Shown here: positions 1-11,553 of the stretch, one piece after another | Position numbering within the stretch: the first letter of the stretch is position 1 | Layout: each line of letters begins with the position of its first letter | Assembly: GCA_963751115.1 (NCBI GenBank) | Contig: CAVVTN010000002.1 | Span: 58,197-122,196, forward strand | DNA length: 64,000 nucleotides | Source of the DNA: an uncultured Candidatus Altimarinota bacterium | GTDB lineage: Bacteria > Patescibacteriota > Gracilibacteria > BD1-5 > UBA2023 | Reading direction: 5' to 3' | Position numbers and translations under genes: made by a program | The notes under the pieces: model-generated | What the model was told of the DNA's origin: nothing | Seen by the model: only the letters and a program-made list of their open reading frames with translations | Databases searched by the model: none

Positions 1-2
1 TT

Positions 3-209
3 GCTGGAAGTAAAGACAAGATTTTCGGAGGGCTTGGTGAACATGAGATTATCCTCGCTATCCAGAAAAAATACGCTGTGGAATTAGAGAAAAAACACAT
101 TCTCCTCCCAGAAGGACACAAACTCAAACAAGTCGGGGTTACAGATATCAAAATCCACCTCTGAAGCGATGTTAATATCAAGATGCATATTGAGATAAAA
201 AGCAAGTAA
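3..209 (+). CDS. rplI: 50S ribosomal protein L9, C-terminal part (5' end outside window)
   Basis: Frame 3 reads AGSKDKIFGGLGEHEIILAIQKKYAVELEKKHILLPEGHKLKQVGVTDIKIHL-G(TGA)-SDVNIKMHIEIKSK, then TAA at 207-209. Fits the L9 C-domain pattern. Confidence 0.75.
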
Positions 210-407
210 TCATGGAATGGAGTGTTGTCATTTCGACCGAAACGCAGTGTAGTGGAGAAATCCCTTTTAACTACCACATTTGAAGCAATATTTTCTTGAT
301 ATAGATGAAATATCCTGTAATTTCTTTTAGAATAGTTTCGTAATATTGATCTAAAGAGATCCCTCGGCTTCGCTCGGGATGACAAATACTTTTAATTTTT
401 CTGTTTT

Positions 408-803
408 ATGTCCATCCTCGCCATCGACTACGGAACCAAGAAAATCGGACTTGCGATAGAGATAGAATGAATCGCTCTTCCACTCTCTATTATTCCTGCT
501 AAAGAAGCTTTTTCTCGTCTCCCAAAGATTGTCAAGGAACGGTGTATTGATAGGGTTCTCATCGGGATTGCGAATCATATGGATGGCACAACCTCAGAAC
601 AAGCACTTCGCACTCGTGAATTCGGGAAAAAACTCAAAAATATTCTCCCGAAAGATATACAATATATAGAATGGGATGAACGATTGACAAGCTTCGAAGC
701 GAAAAATGCGGTAGATCCTTTCGGAAAAGATCCGAGGAAATTGATCGATGATATAGCCGCAGGAATATTATTGCAGAGTTATTTAGATGCGATGAAATCG
801 TAA
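408..803 (+). CDS. ruvX: Holliday junction resolvase-like protein RuvX/YqgF
   Basis: ATG at 408. MSILAIDYGTKKIGLAIEIE-G(TGA)-IALP... continues in frame into track ORF 579..803 (MDGT...WDERLTS...). Confidence 0.85.
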
Positions 804-831
804 AACTGAAATAATTTAATTTTTAATTTTT

Positions 832-1512
832 TTGCTCGTGCACCTCTGATTTATCATGGACGGAAATCGTCGATGGGCTAAAAAACACACTATCAAAACC
901 TTTCTCGGTCATCAGGAATGACGAATCCGTCTCGAGGAAATGGTAGAACTTTGTTATAATGGAAAGGTAGCATACTGCAGTTTCTGGGCACTTGCCAAGA
1001 AAAATATAGAGAATAGAAGTACCGAAGAACTCGCCTATCTCTACGATTTGCTCGTGAAAAGCATTCAGAGTCTCCTCCCAAAACTCCTCGAAAAAAGTAT
1101 CAAATTTGAATGGGTGGGAAATCCAGATATACTTCCACCACATATCGTCAAAGTCCTCGATGATGCCAGAAAAGAAGCAGAGAATGGAACGAAAATGACC
1201 CTTATTTTGGCAATCGGATATGGTGGACAGGATGAAATTATCCGTGGGATGAAGAATTTCGTAAAAAATGGTGGCGATATAAATTCGCTCGATGAAACCA
1301 CTTTGCTTCCTTTTCTGGACACAGGACGATTTCCTCCACCAGATTTGATTGTACGAACGGGTGGCGATACGAGACATTCTGGATATTTCCTCTATACGAG
1401 TGAATATAGTGAATATTATTTCACCGATACACTCTGGCCCGATTTCAAAGAAAGAGAATTCTACAAAGCCCTCGAAACCCTCAAATGAGCCCGACGTATG
1501 TTTGGAAAATAA
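832..1512 (+). CDS. uppS: Undecaprenyl diphosphate synthase
   Basis: Track ORF 940..1488 extends upstream through TGA codons (..FIMDGNRRWAKKH..GHQE-G-RIRL) and downstream (ETLK-G-ARRMFGK, TAA 1510-1512). Start codon (TTG 832 or GTG 838) is uncertain. Confidence 0.8.
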
Positions 1513-1525
1513 TTTTTTATAATTT

Positions 1526-1984
1526 ATGGCTTCACTTACTATCTCACTTCACGTCAATAAAAAAGCCTTGTTCGATTACGAAATCGTGCAGGGATACGAA
1601 GCGTGAATAAAATTGACCGGACCAGAAGTGAAAAGCGTACGAGCAAAACAGTGTAATCTGAAAGGAAGTTATATAAGTCTCGCTTCAGGACGCCCTGTTC
1701 TCAAAGGACTCCACATCTCCCCTTATGAACATTTGCCTCATAAACTCGGGATCGATCCATCGGCGGACCGAGAAATATTTCTCCACAAGAAAACCATCGA
1801 TTACCTCACAGGGAAACTCAAGGAAAAAGGATTTTCACTCATTCCTACAGAAGTATATTCCAAAGGAAATCTGATCAAGATATCGGTCGCACTGGCCCGA
1901 GGACGAAAAGTTTTCGAGAAAAAACAAGTATTGAAAGAGCGAGATGTGAATCGAGATATGGAACGAGAAATCGGAAGATACTAA
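1526..1984 (+). CDS. smpB: SsrA-binding protein SmpB
   Basis: ATG at 1526. MASLTISLHVNKKALFDYEIVQGYEA-G(TGA)-IKLTGPEVKSVR joins track ORF 1613..1984 in frame. Confidence 0.9.
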
Positions 1985-2150
1985 AATTCCAAGATGATTT
2001 CACTATATTTTTCGAAAGAGCGAGGACTGTTTGAACACTTCTGATTTTAGACGTGAGTTCCGCAGGAAGTGAGAAAAGATATATTAAAATCATGAAAACA
2101 AGAGAGTATACCAAAAAGGATTCAGCAAGAATCCTTTTTTGAACTTCTTT

Positions 2151-3473
2151 TTATAAAAAATGCTCCGATACTCGTATCTTTTCTTCTGAAACTTCGATGG
2201 TATTGCGAATATGTGGAACGAGAAATGAAGACGGAACTATATGGATATTCACTTTCTGCAACAATTTTCTGAGAATACAAACTTGGAAATATTTGCAAGA
2301 TACAGCAAGATACATAATCGGGTTTTTCGAACGAATAACATTCAAAAACGCTCAAAGACTCGGATTTTTTGGAATCATATCTTCACTTTCCATCTGTGAA
2401 GGAAATGGCGAGAGGAGTCCAAGATCATGATAGGTTACCAGTGAAAAAATACCAGATTTGTTTACTTCTCCAATTACGAGTGGACCGAGAAATCGGCTCA
2501 CACTATGGAGCCATATAACATCTGGCTGAAAATCTCGGATTTTTTTTCGAATCCCTCGAGCAGATGTAACATTACAAAGAGAATATACCAGTCAGAGGAG
2601 TCGAAGAAATTTCGTCCATTTCCCTTTCTGTAACTCCCATCCGAAAATCTCGACTTCATATCCGTGTTGTCGAAGAACTCGTGCGATGGTTTGTACATGT
2701 GTCTCGATACCACCAAGGATTGTCACATAATCACTCGCGAGCAATATTTTTTTCGTATCTTTCGGGAACATATTTCGTACCTGTTCCACCCATCGTTCTT
2801 CGGTATAACTATCGGCGATATGTCGAGATTGGTGAGAGAGTAGTGCCCAATCAGATTCTGTCCTAGTATTTTCGGACGTACTATTCGAAGTATATGTATC
2901 TGAAACTTCTAGGATTTTACTGACAAGTGTTTCTACGTTTTTTGCATCGTTTGTCGAAAATGGGATGGCGAGTTCTGGAAGTATAAAAGGGATGAGTCCT
3001 CATTTTCAAAATCCTATCACGGGAACTCCTTCCGAGAGTGATTCCAAAGCTGAGAGTCCGAAAGTTTCCAAGAATCTTGATGGCATCAGAGTGAAGTGAG
3101 AGACTTCCAATATATCCCGTATAGTTCCCTGTGCCTGCCATCCGAAGAAATAAATCTTGAAATCCTCTCATTCAGATCCCTCACTCCCAACCCCTCTCCC
3201 AAAGGAGAGAGGGGAGTTACTCAGAAGTTCCATAGTATCAAAAATCTCATCCTCTGAGAACTTCGAGCAGTCCTCAAAGAATGGACTTCCTGCAAAAGTT
3301 TCGAAGAATTCTTTTTTCAAATCACCTTCCCCAAATAGGAAGAAATTCCCAGGAAGTTCCCCAGTTTTTTGCACTATTTCTGAAAGCGCTCCGATAATCA
3401 AATCGAAACCTTTTTCTCTCGCGAGTCGTCAGAAGAAGAGGAAGTTCATAGAAAGATTTTCTAAAAAGTACAT
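2151..3473 (-). CDS. GT4-family glycosyltransferase ORF with domains in reversed order (C-terminal Glycos_transf_1-like half first, then N-terminal Glyco_trans_4-like half)
   Basis: One table-25 frame has no TAA/TAG from 3473 to 2151. It reads MYFLENLSMNFLFFGRLAREKGFDLIIGAL...IYFFGWQAQGT..MPSRFLETFGLSALESLSEGVPVIGFGKGGL...SYTEERWVEQVRNMFPKDTKKILLASDYVTILGGIETHVQTIARVLRQHGYEVEIFG...HFL, stop TAA. It joins track ORFs 3168..3401, 2592..2789 and 2151..2345. Confidence 0.65.
3174..3215. repeat. GC-rich palindromic element (ccctcac..cccctctcccaaaggagagagggg type) inserted in frame in the glycosyltransferase ORF
   Basis: Encodes SPLSFGRGVGSEG inside the ORF. Related copies lie at about 35628-35735, 39385-39410, 39713-39766 and 40975-41012. 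Confidence 0.6.
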
Positions 3474-3575
3474 AGTACACAGTAGACTATGTACTATGTA
3501 CTTTTTTGCAAGTGATTTTTATGGTTTTTTGAAAATAAACAAGTGTTCGTGCATAATGAGGAGGAAATTGTATTT

Positions 3576-4538
3576 CTACAATTTAACTATAAAATATTTA
3601 TCAATTTCTCTAAGCCATTCATCACTTTCTAATATATTTTTACTTGGATTATAAATAATTTCAGGAATGTAATCTCTTTCAGAAATTCTCTGTCTATCTA
3701 CAAGGTACAGCATATAATTATCTCGTTTAATTTTTGCCACATTCATCTCATTTTTAGACCAGTAAAAGGATTTTTTTTAAGAAAAAGATTTAACTTCAAT
3801 GAATCTATCTGAAGTAACAGAATCTATAGAATTATAAGACAAAATATCAAATCATGCGGAGACATCATAATGCGATATTTGGACAATATTTTTAAGTCAT
3901 GAAAGGCGTTCTTTTTCAAATTCTAAAACAAATATTTCTGCCTCTTCTCAATGTAGCTGATCTAAATCCAACCGATTTTTTAATTCTTCTAAAGTCATTT
4001 TTTTCTTAGCATCAATAATTATATTTGAATCTCAGATAATAGGTTGATGAATAGGATTAATTAAGAATCTATAGGGATTATCCTTGTTAATAATCAATAC
4101 AGATAAATCTATAAGTAATTGTTTAAAACTCGAATACTTAAAATCAAATGCGTCATTGGAAAGTTCAAGTTTTGATTCAACTATATTATACGAAAGATAA
4201 TCTGGCGAAAATATTGGCAACAAATCCAGCTTTAATTCCCTATTTTGAAAAATGATTTTTACTAAACTCTTTTTCAGTTCATTGATATCGGTAATGTATA
4301 AAAGAAATAACGATTCTTTTGATACATACAAATATCATCATGACTGAATAAAAACTCAGAGTCGTAAAAATAATTCAACTCAACCATCAAAAACAGTCCT
4401 TGAATCAATTTGTCGATTATAAAAATGGGATGTAAGATCTGGCTGACTCCACCGTTCTATGGTGCAGAAAAGATGAAGTAACTCGACAAAGTACAATGGA
4501 GTTCCGAGATTCTTGTATACCTTAAGATTTTCGAGCAT
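3576..4538 (-). pseudogene. DUF3883-like (restriction-endonuclease-like) protein, interrupted by an in-frame TAA at 3777-3779
   Basis: ATG at 4538 overlaps the SNF2 gene 3' end. It contains track ORF 4032..4331 and continues ..HYDVSA-G-FDILSYNSIDSVTSDRFIEVKSFS-TAA-KKSFYWSKNEMNVAKIKRDNYMLYLVDRQ...FIVKL, TAG at 3576-3578. The motif pattern fits DUF3883. Confidence 0.55.
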
Positions 4539-6471
4539 ATTTCTTTAGGAGTTCTTTTATAATATCTGATTCATCTGATTCATTTAATCTAAAAAATAAA
4601 GGAATATCGGCATCAATAAGTTTTTCCATTCGTTTTATTTTTTCATTTAATTTATCATTAATAATTTCATCTATAGTATCTCTCGTAATGAGATAGTAAT
4701 ATGTTGTTTTTTGATTTGGAGGAAGTCAATATCTATGAATCCGATCCTTTGATTGAAGAAAATTGGAACAATTATAATCTCTTTCCAAATAAATTGCATT
4801 ATGACATCATTCGTGCAATGAAATTGATTCTGCCACTGAGAAAGGATTCGCAATAACTACGGAAAAGTCTTTATTTTCTGGATTATTAAATTTTCAGACA
4901 ATCTCTTCTCTCTCACTCATGGGAACTTCTCATATTAAAAGTTTGGATTTTATTCATTCTGATTCAAGATAATCTTTCAATCATTTAGCATTTTGAACAA
5001 ATATAGTCCAAATAATCACCTTTCCATTAGTTGGTAATATGTCCGTTCTAATAATATCCAATGTCTTTGAAAATTTAGGAGGAGTATGATTATTTAAGTA
5101 TGTTGTAATTTTATTCCTTATTGCTGAGTCATTTTGAAATTCTTCTGGAAGGTTTTTATAATCTTCTTCATATTCTTCTTCATTTAAGCTTTCTTTAATG
5201 GTAGAATTGAGTAATCATGGATTAATAGCAGCCTGTCTCAGTCTTATTAACTTGGCTTTATTTAGGAGATCTTTCAAAGTTCATCAGGCATTCTCTTTAA
5301 ATGAATTGATGAACTTTATGGCAATAAAATCATAGATTTCACGCTGAGTATCATCCATTGTAATAAATTCTAATTTTTCAGATATACCTGGTAATTTTAG
5401 GTCAGATTTTTTAATTCTGATAAAATAAGGAGAAATATTTTTTATAAATTCTTTTACCCTTAAACTTTCATCGTCGGAATTTTTCGTCATTTCCTCAAGT
5501 TGTTGGAGGTGGATTTTTAATATCTCTGGATACTTGAATGGATAAATAAATTTATACAAGTTAAAAAGATCTTCGTACCCATTTGGTATTGGAGTTCAAG
5601 TAAGGATAACTCTTGAAATAGCATCTTTTGAAATCTCGGTGGCAGAAGTTCACCATATTCAACGGGAATTCTTTATTCTATGAGCTTCATCAACTATAAC
5701 CATAGTTTTGTTTTTCTTGAGAAAATCGCGAATTTCTTTTTCAAGAGCATTGACGTATCAATGGTTAATAAGAGTAAGTTCTGATGGATTTCCAGAATAT
5801 AAATGCTGTATCTTTTGATTTTTAGAAATTTCTTGATTTCCAGAAAGTCTCGTTGATGTAATATTTATTCAATGACATTTGAAGTATTGCTCTTCCCATG
5901 GTGAAAAGGATGACAATGGTCAAATAACTAATATTTTATCAACATGCCTTGGGTCTGAGACTGGGAGATTCTTTAGATAGGTATATGCCGCATATACGAT
6001 TGTTGTTTTCCCTGCTCATGGAACAGCAAAATTACAACTATTCTGTGCAAATGTCATATGGAAAGCGGAAAGCATCTGTAAGTCATATAGTTTTCGGCTC
6101 ATATTTCTACCTAGAACTTCTTGAAAATCAGCAAACATTTCTACGAGTTCGGGATTATCTTTAAACTCATTATCTCTAATTTTTTGAGCATTCTCAGAGA
6201 ATTTTCAAAAATTATCCAATTCTCTTTGGTAGTCAGAAAAAACCTCCTTGATTTTATCAGAAATTTCAAAACGAATTTCGAATTTCTTAAGAATAGCTTC
6301 AATATCTCTCAAGACGTTAACTCTCTCTCCTTGATTAAATCAAATAATGAAACTATCAGTAGATACTATCGGATTTAACCTCCTAAGAGATAAGAGAAAT
6401 CTCTTATCTCTGGATAATCCTTCTGTATCGCAAGAAAGAATAAATGAAGAATCGCTTATATCTAAGAGCAT
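4522..6471 (-). CDS. SNF2-family helicase (about 649 aa)
   Basis: Table-25 ORF in frame with track ORF 5284..5559. Motif I is FAVP-G(TGA)-AGKT, motif II is VDEAHRIKN, motif III is LT-G-TPIPNG, and the C-lobe reads SLHE-G-CHNAIYLERDYN..FLQSKDRIHRY-G. TAA at 4522-4524. Confidence 0.85.
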
Positions 6472-6487
6472 AGTAATTAATTTAATA

Positions 6488-7861
6488 TTAAGCTCCTAAA
6501 CTTTTCTTAATTTCATAAGTAAGATGATGGATTTCCTTTACTTTTTCAAGAACTTTCTCTTTTCAATCACCCAATGCTCCAAAATTTATGCGATTTAAAT
6601 CATCAATCATATCACCAAGCAATATAACTGGAGATTTTTTCCCAAGTAATTTTCTAGTTAATTTATCTATTTCTTCCAATTGAGTTAAAGCTTGTGAATC
6701 AATAGGTTTATTCAAATCTATCGCACTAATCTTGTTTAATGCTCAGGATGTTAACTCATATGGCCTATCTTTTGAATCACGATCTCAAATATATGTAAGA
6801 TGAGTATTGAAATTATTTTCTAAAAAAACATAAGCATTCTCTTTGAATTTAGAATCTCTATCATTCAAATGTGCTTCTAAATTATTAGATGATTTATCTA
6901 TAAAGAGTTCCTGATCTTGAAATACCTTTATTCATTCAAAATGTTTTTTTGAAAAAGATTCCCAAATATTTTTGTCTCAAAATAAATGACTTGTTTTGTG
7001 TCAATTGGCTAATTTCCTAAATTTTTTATCTTCAGTCCCAAATTTAATACGAATATAATCAAAAGCAATAAACTTGAGATCATCAACATCATTGTCGGAA
7101 TAGCCATCAAATCATTTTAGACTCGCTCATCAATATAAATTCTGTAACCATCAATGAAGACTAATAAATAAATCCTCTTGTCACTCCATTAATTGAGTAT
7201 ATATTCAGTCATATTCTAAATATTCCAGATACTCATCCATTAATTCTTTTATCTCAACTAATTGTTTAATCTTTCAATCAGTTTCCCCCATCCATATAGC
7301 AATATCATTGGTAGATACTCATCTTTTCGTAAGATTCCAAGCTTTTAAATATTTTTCAATTGGATTATAATCCAATTTTCTATCTTCTCACATCTGATGT
7401 CTAGTTTCAAATTCTTCAATGGAGTTCCTATCATCCTCTAATGTAACTGGAAGAATAATGGCCTTGAAGAATTTCTGCCCTGCCCTATTAAGAAGCATTG
7501 CTCGACGATTTCAGTCTATAATAATACCATCTTTAGTAATGATTCACACTTTTTCTTGTCAAATCTTTATGAGACTTGCTAATGTATCTTTATTTCTATT
7601 TTCTTTAGATTCCCATAATAGTTTCTCAATCAATATTTTTCATTCCTCTTGCTCAACATCTATAGAGCAACCCTGTGTTTCAAGGGATAATGTACGACTT
7701 AATATTCTTCAGTTATATTTATTATAAATCAAAAACTCCAAAGGAATCTTATACACATCAAACGATACCAAATCATCTTGCCAAAGAATATCTTGTTTTC
7801 AATATGGATTTCCTTGATTAATAATAGCCTGTATTTTCTGAATGCGTGTTTCCTGATTCAT
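6488..7861 (-). CDS. ParB/Srx-like N-terminal domain protein with a long helical C-terminal region (about 457 aa)
   Basis: ATG at 7861, 10 nt after the methyltransferase stop. It reads ..IPLEFLIYNKYN-G-RILS...I-G-QEKV-G-IITKDGIIID-G-NRRAMLLNR.. (ParB-type DGNRR core). About 25 in-frame TGA codons; TAA at 6488-6490. Length is a multiple of 3. Confidence 0.65.
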
Positions 7862-7871
7862 AAAAGTAAAA

Positions 7872-9563
7872 TTAAAGAAATAATTTACCTAAGCTATATA
7901 TCACATATAATTGCCCTACTGGCACCTGACTTTTTGGGATTATGCCATTACTAAAAATCAAATCCTCTTTTTCTTCTCTTCTTTGAATAAATTCATTAAT
8001 CTTTTTCAAAATATTTATTGGATTTCTTGAATCCTCTAAATTCACATCCTGCTCATAGTATTTTTGTAATTCAGCTTCATTTCTAATACAAAGGGTATCT
8101 AAATATTTTAAATAATCAACTTTAAATTCAGCAAAGCCTTTTATTCCATCTTCTATATATTTTTCTATAATCTTATAGTTTTCCCTATCTATAACTATCT
8201 GACTGAATCAAGCTCAGGTTCAGAAAAACATCTGAATATACCACTTCTTCCCATAACCCTCTTTTCAGTCAATATAATTCATAAGTTCAACCGTAATATT
8301 TCCTGATTTATATGGATGCCTTCTGAATCTTGCATTCACATTCTTTCTTTTTGGTTTATCGAACTTCATTTCATTGAAAGTGTTGAGTTTAATTTTAACT
8401 TCCTTATATCCATTGTCGAGAGATGAAAAGTCTATTTTTTCTATACTTGGCAATCTAAGTTCTTTTCTAATAACCCTTGCTAGGGCTGCGCTGAGATGTG
8501 GAGATACAGCGTTTCATACCTGCCTCCACTTACTTGACTCGGTTCAGGTAAATTGGTAAGTAATTGGGAATCCCATGAGTGATGCTATTTCACGAATCGT
8601 CGGAAGACGGTACTCTCCATTTCATTTTCTATTATACTCCGATTTATATATAAGAGATTCCCTAGTTTTTGCTGAACGGGTAGCCATTATTGTTCTACAT
8701 GGTTTATCCTTATTCTCAGGAAAAGACATTCTACCCATGAAAGAATGGTTTTGTTTCAGATATTGTGCCTCTTCCCATTCGATAGTATAAAGTCAGGTAT
8801 CATAAAAATGGTCAGTAAATTTCTCACCGATAATTTTTAGGTTTTTATAATTGGGGTCAGTAAATTCAGACTCCATTACATCTTTTTCTGTCATATTCGG
8901 TAATGGTAGTAGGTCACGTATATTTCATGAGGTAATATATATCTCATGGGTCTTTTTTGGAGTTAAAAATTTTTGTGTTTCACACCATTCTCAGCATATA
9001 AATCGTTTTCTGCTTTGTGGTGCACCATAATCTCAAGAATTAAGAATACCTCAGTTATCTTTAACTATAAGAGCTGTGTCATCTGGTTTTTTTCAAATTG
9101 TTTTTGCCCACTTTGAAAGATTTAATCTTTCAAATGAATACTCTTCCTCAACAAACTTTTGGGAATTTGGAACATTCTCCATATACCAGACTTTTAGTTT
9201 TGAATCCGTTTTGTATTTTTTTACAGCAATTACACGAAGAAAAGACTCAATAAGTTTCAATCAGTGAGTTTTATCAGCTTTTCAAGATTTATTAGAGGAA
9301 GAAAATGAGATACAAGGAGGACTTCAAATTATACAAGTTGTATCTTCTAGTTTTTCTATCTCGGATATATCTTCGGAGTCTTCGGACCAAAAATCAAGTA
9401 CACTTTTAACAGAATCACTCAATCAGTGATTCAAATTATGTGTATCTATGGCTGGTTGCCAATAATCAATTCATCGAACAATCTTAAATCATTGTTGTCT
9501 AAATCATTCCGAAAAACCTCCAGCTCAACAAAAAAAATCAATTACTGTTAACTTATTTTTCAT
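7872..9563 (-). CDS. dcm: DNA (cytosine-5) methyltransferase with an approximately 190 aa C-terminal extension
   Basis: ATG at 9563. Motif I is VIDFFC-G(TGA)-AGGFSE-G-F, motif IV is I-G-SPPCISFS, then ENV, QSRKRF and V-G-NAVSP. In frame with track ORF 8265..8453. TAA at 7872-7874. Confidence 0.9.
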
Positions 9564-9640
9564 GAATCCTTAATGTAAAATATTACCAATAAATGAAAGT
9601 ATATCTATTTTCTAAATGGATCAAACTTTTTTATAAAACT

Positions 9641-10910
9641 CTATTTCTTCCTCTTCCCCACAAAAACTCCCAACATCAAGAATAAAATCAGAGATATATA
9701 TACGGATTCGAAACTATGCAAGAAGAGGTTCATCGTCAGAACGGCGACAAAGGCAGCGAAAAATGCGGGAGAAAGTGGGAATATCATCCAGGCAATCATC
9801 CCCATAATCGCACAAAAGAGGACGAACGCGACGATTCCTCATTCCACCAATTGCTGGATATACCAACTCTCGGGAATGTAATAATCCTCGGTATTTTCTA
9901 TCTTCCCTCCATATATCGGCGTATCGGCGAGTTTCACGACATAGCGATAGGCAGGTCCCGCAGTTCCCAGTCCTTGTCCCATGGGATGTTCTCGAAATCG
10001 CTCAATTCCAGTCAATGCCCGATCAAAATGCCCTTTGGACGAACTCGTCCGCATAATAATCTGGTCGATATTTCCCTCGTAACGAATGTAGAAAAGTCCA
10101 GAAATAGTCGCGAGAAAAACGATAATATACATACTTTCTTTTCGGTATTTATGTCAAATGGTTTTGAGAGAAAAAGCGATCAAAATGAGAAATCCCATAA
10201 TAATTCCTATGATAGAACTACGCGAGTAGGTGAGAAAAATGAGTCCAAAAAGTACCATAATCCATATTCCTATGAGGAAATGATGGGCTTTCTTGGTTCG
10301 AAAATAGTGCACCAAAAGTCCGATATAGATGATGATAAAATAGGCAGCAGGATTCGGTCCGTCAAAAATCCCTTGGAATCTTTTGATTCGAGCTCCATCG
10401 ATTCCATGGTAGATGGGCGGTGTTCCCCCGAAACTCCAGTTCGAGAGATTGGGAGAAAATCCAAAATGCAGGAGAATGGTTTCATGGAAGACGAAACGCA
10501 CCAAAATCCCAGCAGCAAGAGCCATACTTGCGGAGAGGAGAAATATCTTCAAGTATTGTGCCACTGTTCCCCGCAGGAGAGTGCTTCCGTGTTTTGCGAT
10601 GAGGAATGCGATGAGGAATTCGAAATCGTACCGTCCACCATACACGAGTGAAGCGAGTCCGAGTCCATTTACCAGTGTGATAATGACTAAGTATCCGATA
10701 TACGATCCGATCAGATAATCGAGGATATCGAACTTGGGGAATATTTTCTGCTTCCAAAAATCCCATAGCAAGAAGCACAAGAAGGGCGATGAGAAATATT
10801 TCCTTGAAGAAACTAATTCCCGGAATCCCGAGTTTATTCCCAAGAAAAACCGTTCCAAGAACGCTCCAAGGAAGAAGAATGAGAAGAATGCGGAAAATAC
10901 GGTCAAACAT
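9641..10910 (-). CDS. O-antigen ligase/polymerase-like (Wzy_C family) membrane protein; one +1 frame change near 10736-10739
   Basis: The N-terminus lies in the frame of track ORF 10482..10910 (MFDRIFRILLILLPWSVLG..). The frame then switches at a CCCC run to the frame of 10154..10906 and continues through TGA into 9839..10132 and on to TAG at 9641-9643. Confidence 0.7.
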
Positions 10911-11064
10911 AATAGAGAATGTGAGTAAATAGGATTTTAATTTCGATGTTCATATGGTCTTGGAATTTTCTGTATAACCACTGACTTCATATGGACAAGA
11001 AATAAAAACCTATTTGCGAGCCCAATAATAATGAATCAATAAAAAAATTTGAAGATTAATTTTC

Positions 11065-11203
11065 TGAAAATTTGAAAGAACGATAATATTCGTATGAAAA
11101 CTACGGACCGGAGTGAACTGTACGACTTACAGAGAAGCTATTTAGCTCCCCTCGTGGGCAAGCGAAACGGAGATTTAAGCTGCAAAGAACGAAGTTTTTC
11201 AGA
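11065..11203. repeat. Intergenic repeat family copy R1 (hairpin gtac..gtac, then ..cggagatttaa..aaagaacNaagtttttcaga)
   Basis: Shares its core with copies at about 30362-30460, 30834-30920 and 31855-31957. Confidence 0.5.
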
Positions 11204-11298
11204 TATCTTCCTTTTTTCTTGCGAATTGTATGAAATTCTATACAATACGCAAACGAAAAAACATTTTCCATTTTTATTATTTTCATTCTTCCCAATAT

Positions 11299-11532
11299 AT
11301 GACACAAATCGATCCAAAAAAAGTTGCAGACACGGTTGCTGCACTCAAAAGAAAACCCATTGTTTCCAGCGCTTGTATCGGATGTAGCGCCTGTGTTGCT
11401 ATCTCTGGCGATGTATTTGAACTCAATGATGACGGATATTCCATCGTTATGGATATCGAGGATTACGAAGGAAAAGATGTCGATGACAGTATCGTCGCTT
11501 GTCCCGTAAGTGCCATAAGTTGGTCAAAATAA
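11299..11532 (+). CDS. Small 4Fe-4S ferredoxin
   Basis: Internal ATG of track ORF 11230..11532. MTQIDPKK...ACIGCSACVAISGDVFELNDDGYS...DDSIVACPVSAISW. Confidence 0.75.
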   Translation: MTQIDPKKVADTVAALKRKPIVSSACIGCSACVAISGDVFELNDDGYSIVMDIEDYEGKDVDDSIVACPVSAISWSK

Positions 11533-11553
11533 TTTTATAACTATTTTAAAAAT

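Noticed and set aside
1985-2150. Possible tmRNA (ssrA) next to smpB
   Set aside because: I found no tRNA-like acceptor or T-arm sequence (GGTTCGA.. ..CCA) and no tag-ORF signature in this spacer or elsewhere in the window.
2917-3171. 84-aa minus-strand track ORF next to the glycosyltransferase fragments, which at first suggested a frameshift
   Set aside because: Reading through the TGA at 3168-3170 in the frame of 3168..3401 gives a canonical GT4 sequence (IYFFGWQAQGT..PSRFLETFGLSALESLSEGVPVIGF). The 2917..3171 ORF is therefore an alternative-frame artefact and no frameshift is needed.
7872-9563. Suspected frameshift in the dcm gene near 8820
   Set aside because: The start codon (9563), track ORF 8265..8453 and the stop (7872) are all in one frame, and the translation is continuous. 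My first impression came from a miscount of a T-run.
9716-10651. 311-aa plus-strand ORF in the track
   Set aside because: It lies antisense to the Wzy-like membrane protein gene. Its composition is low-complexity and charged with no recognisable motifs. It is a shadow ORF of a gene on the other strand.
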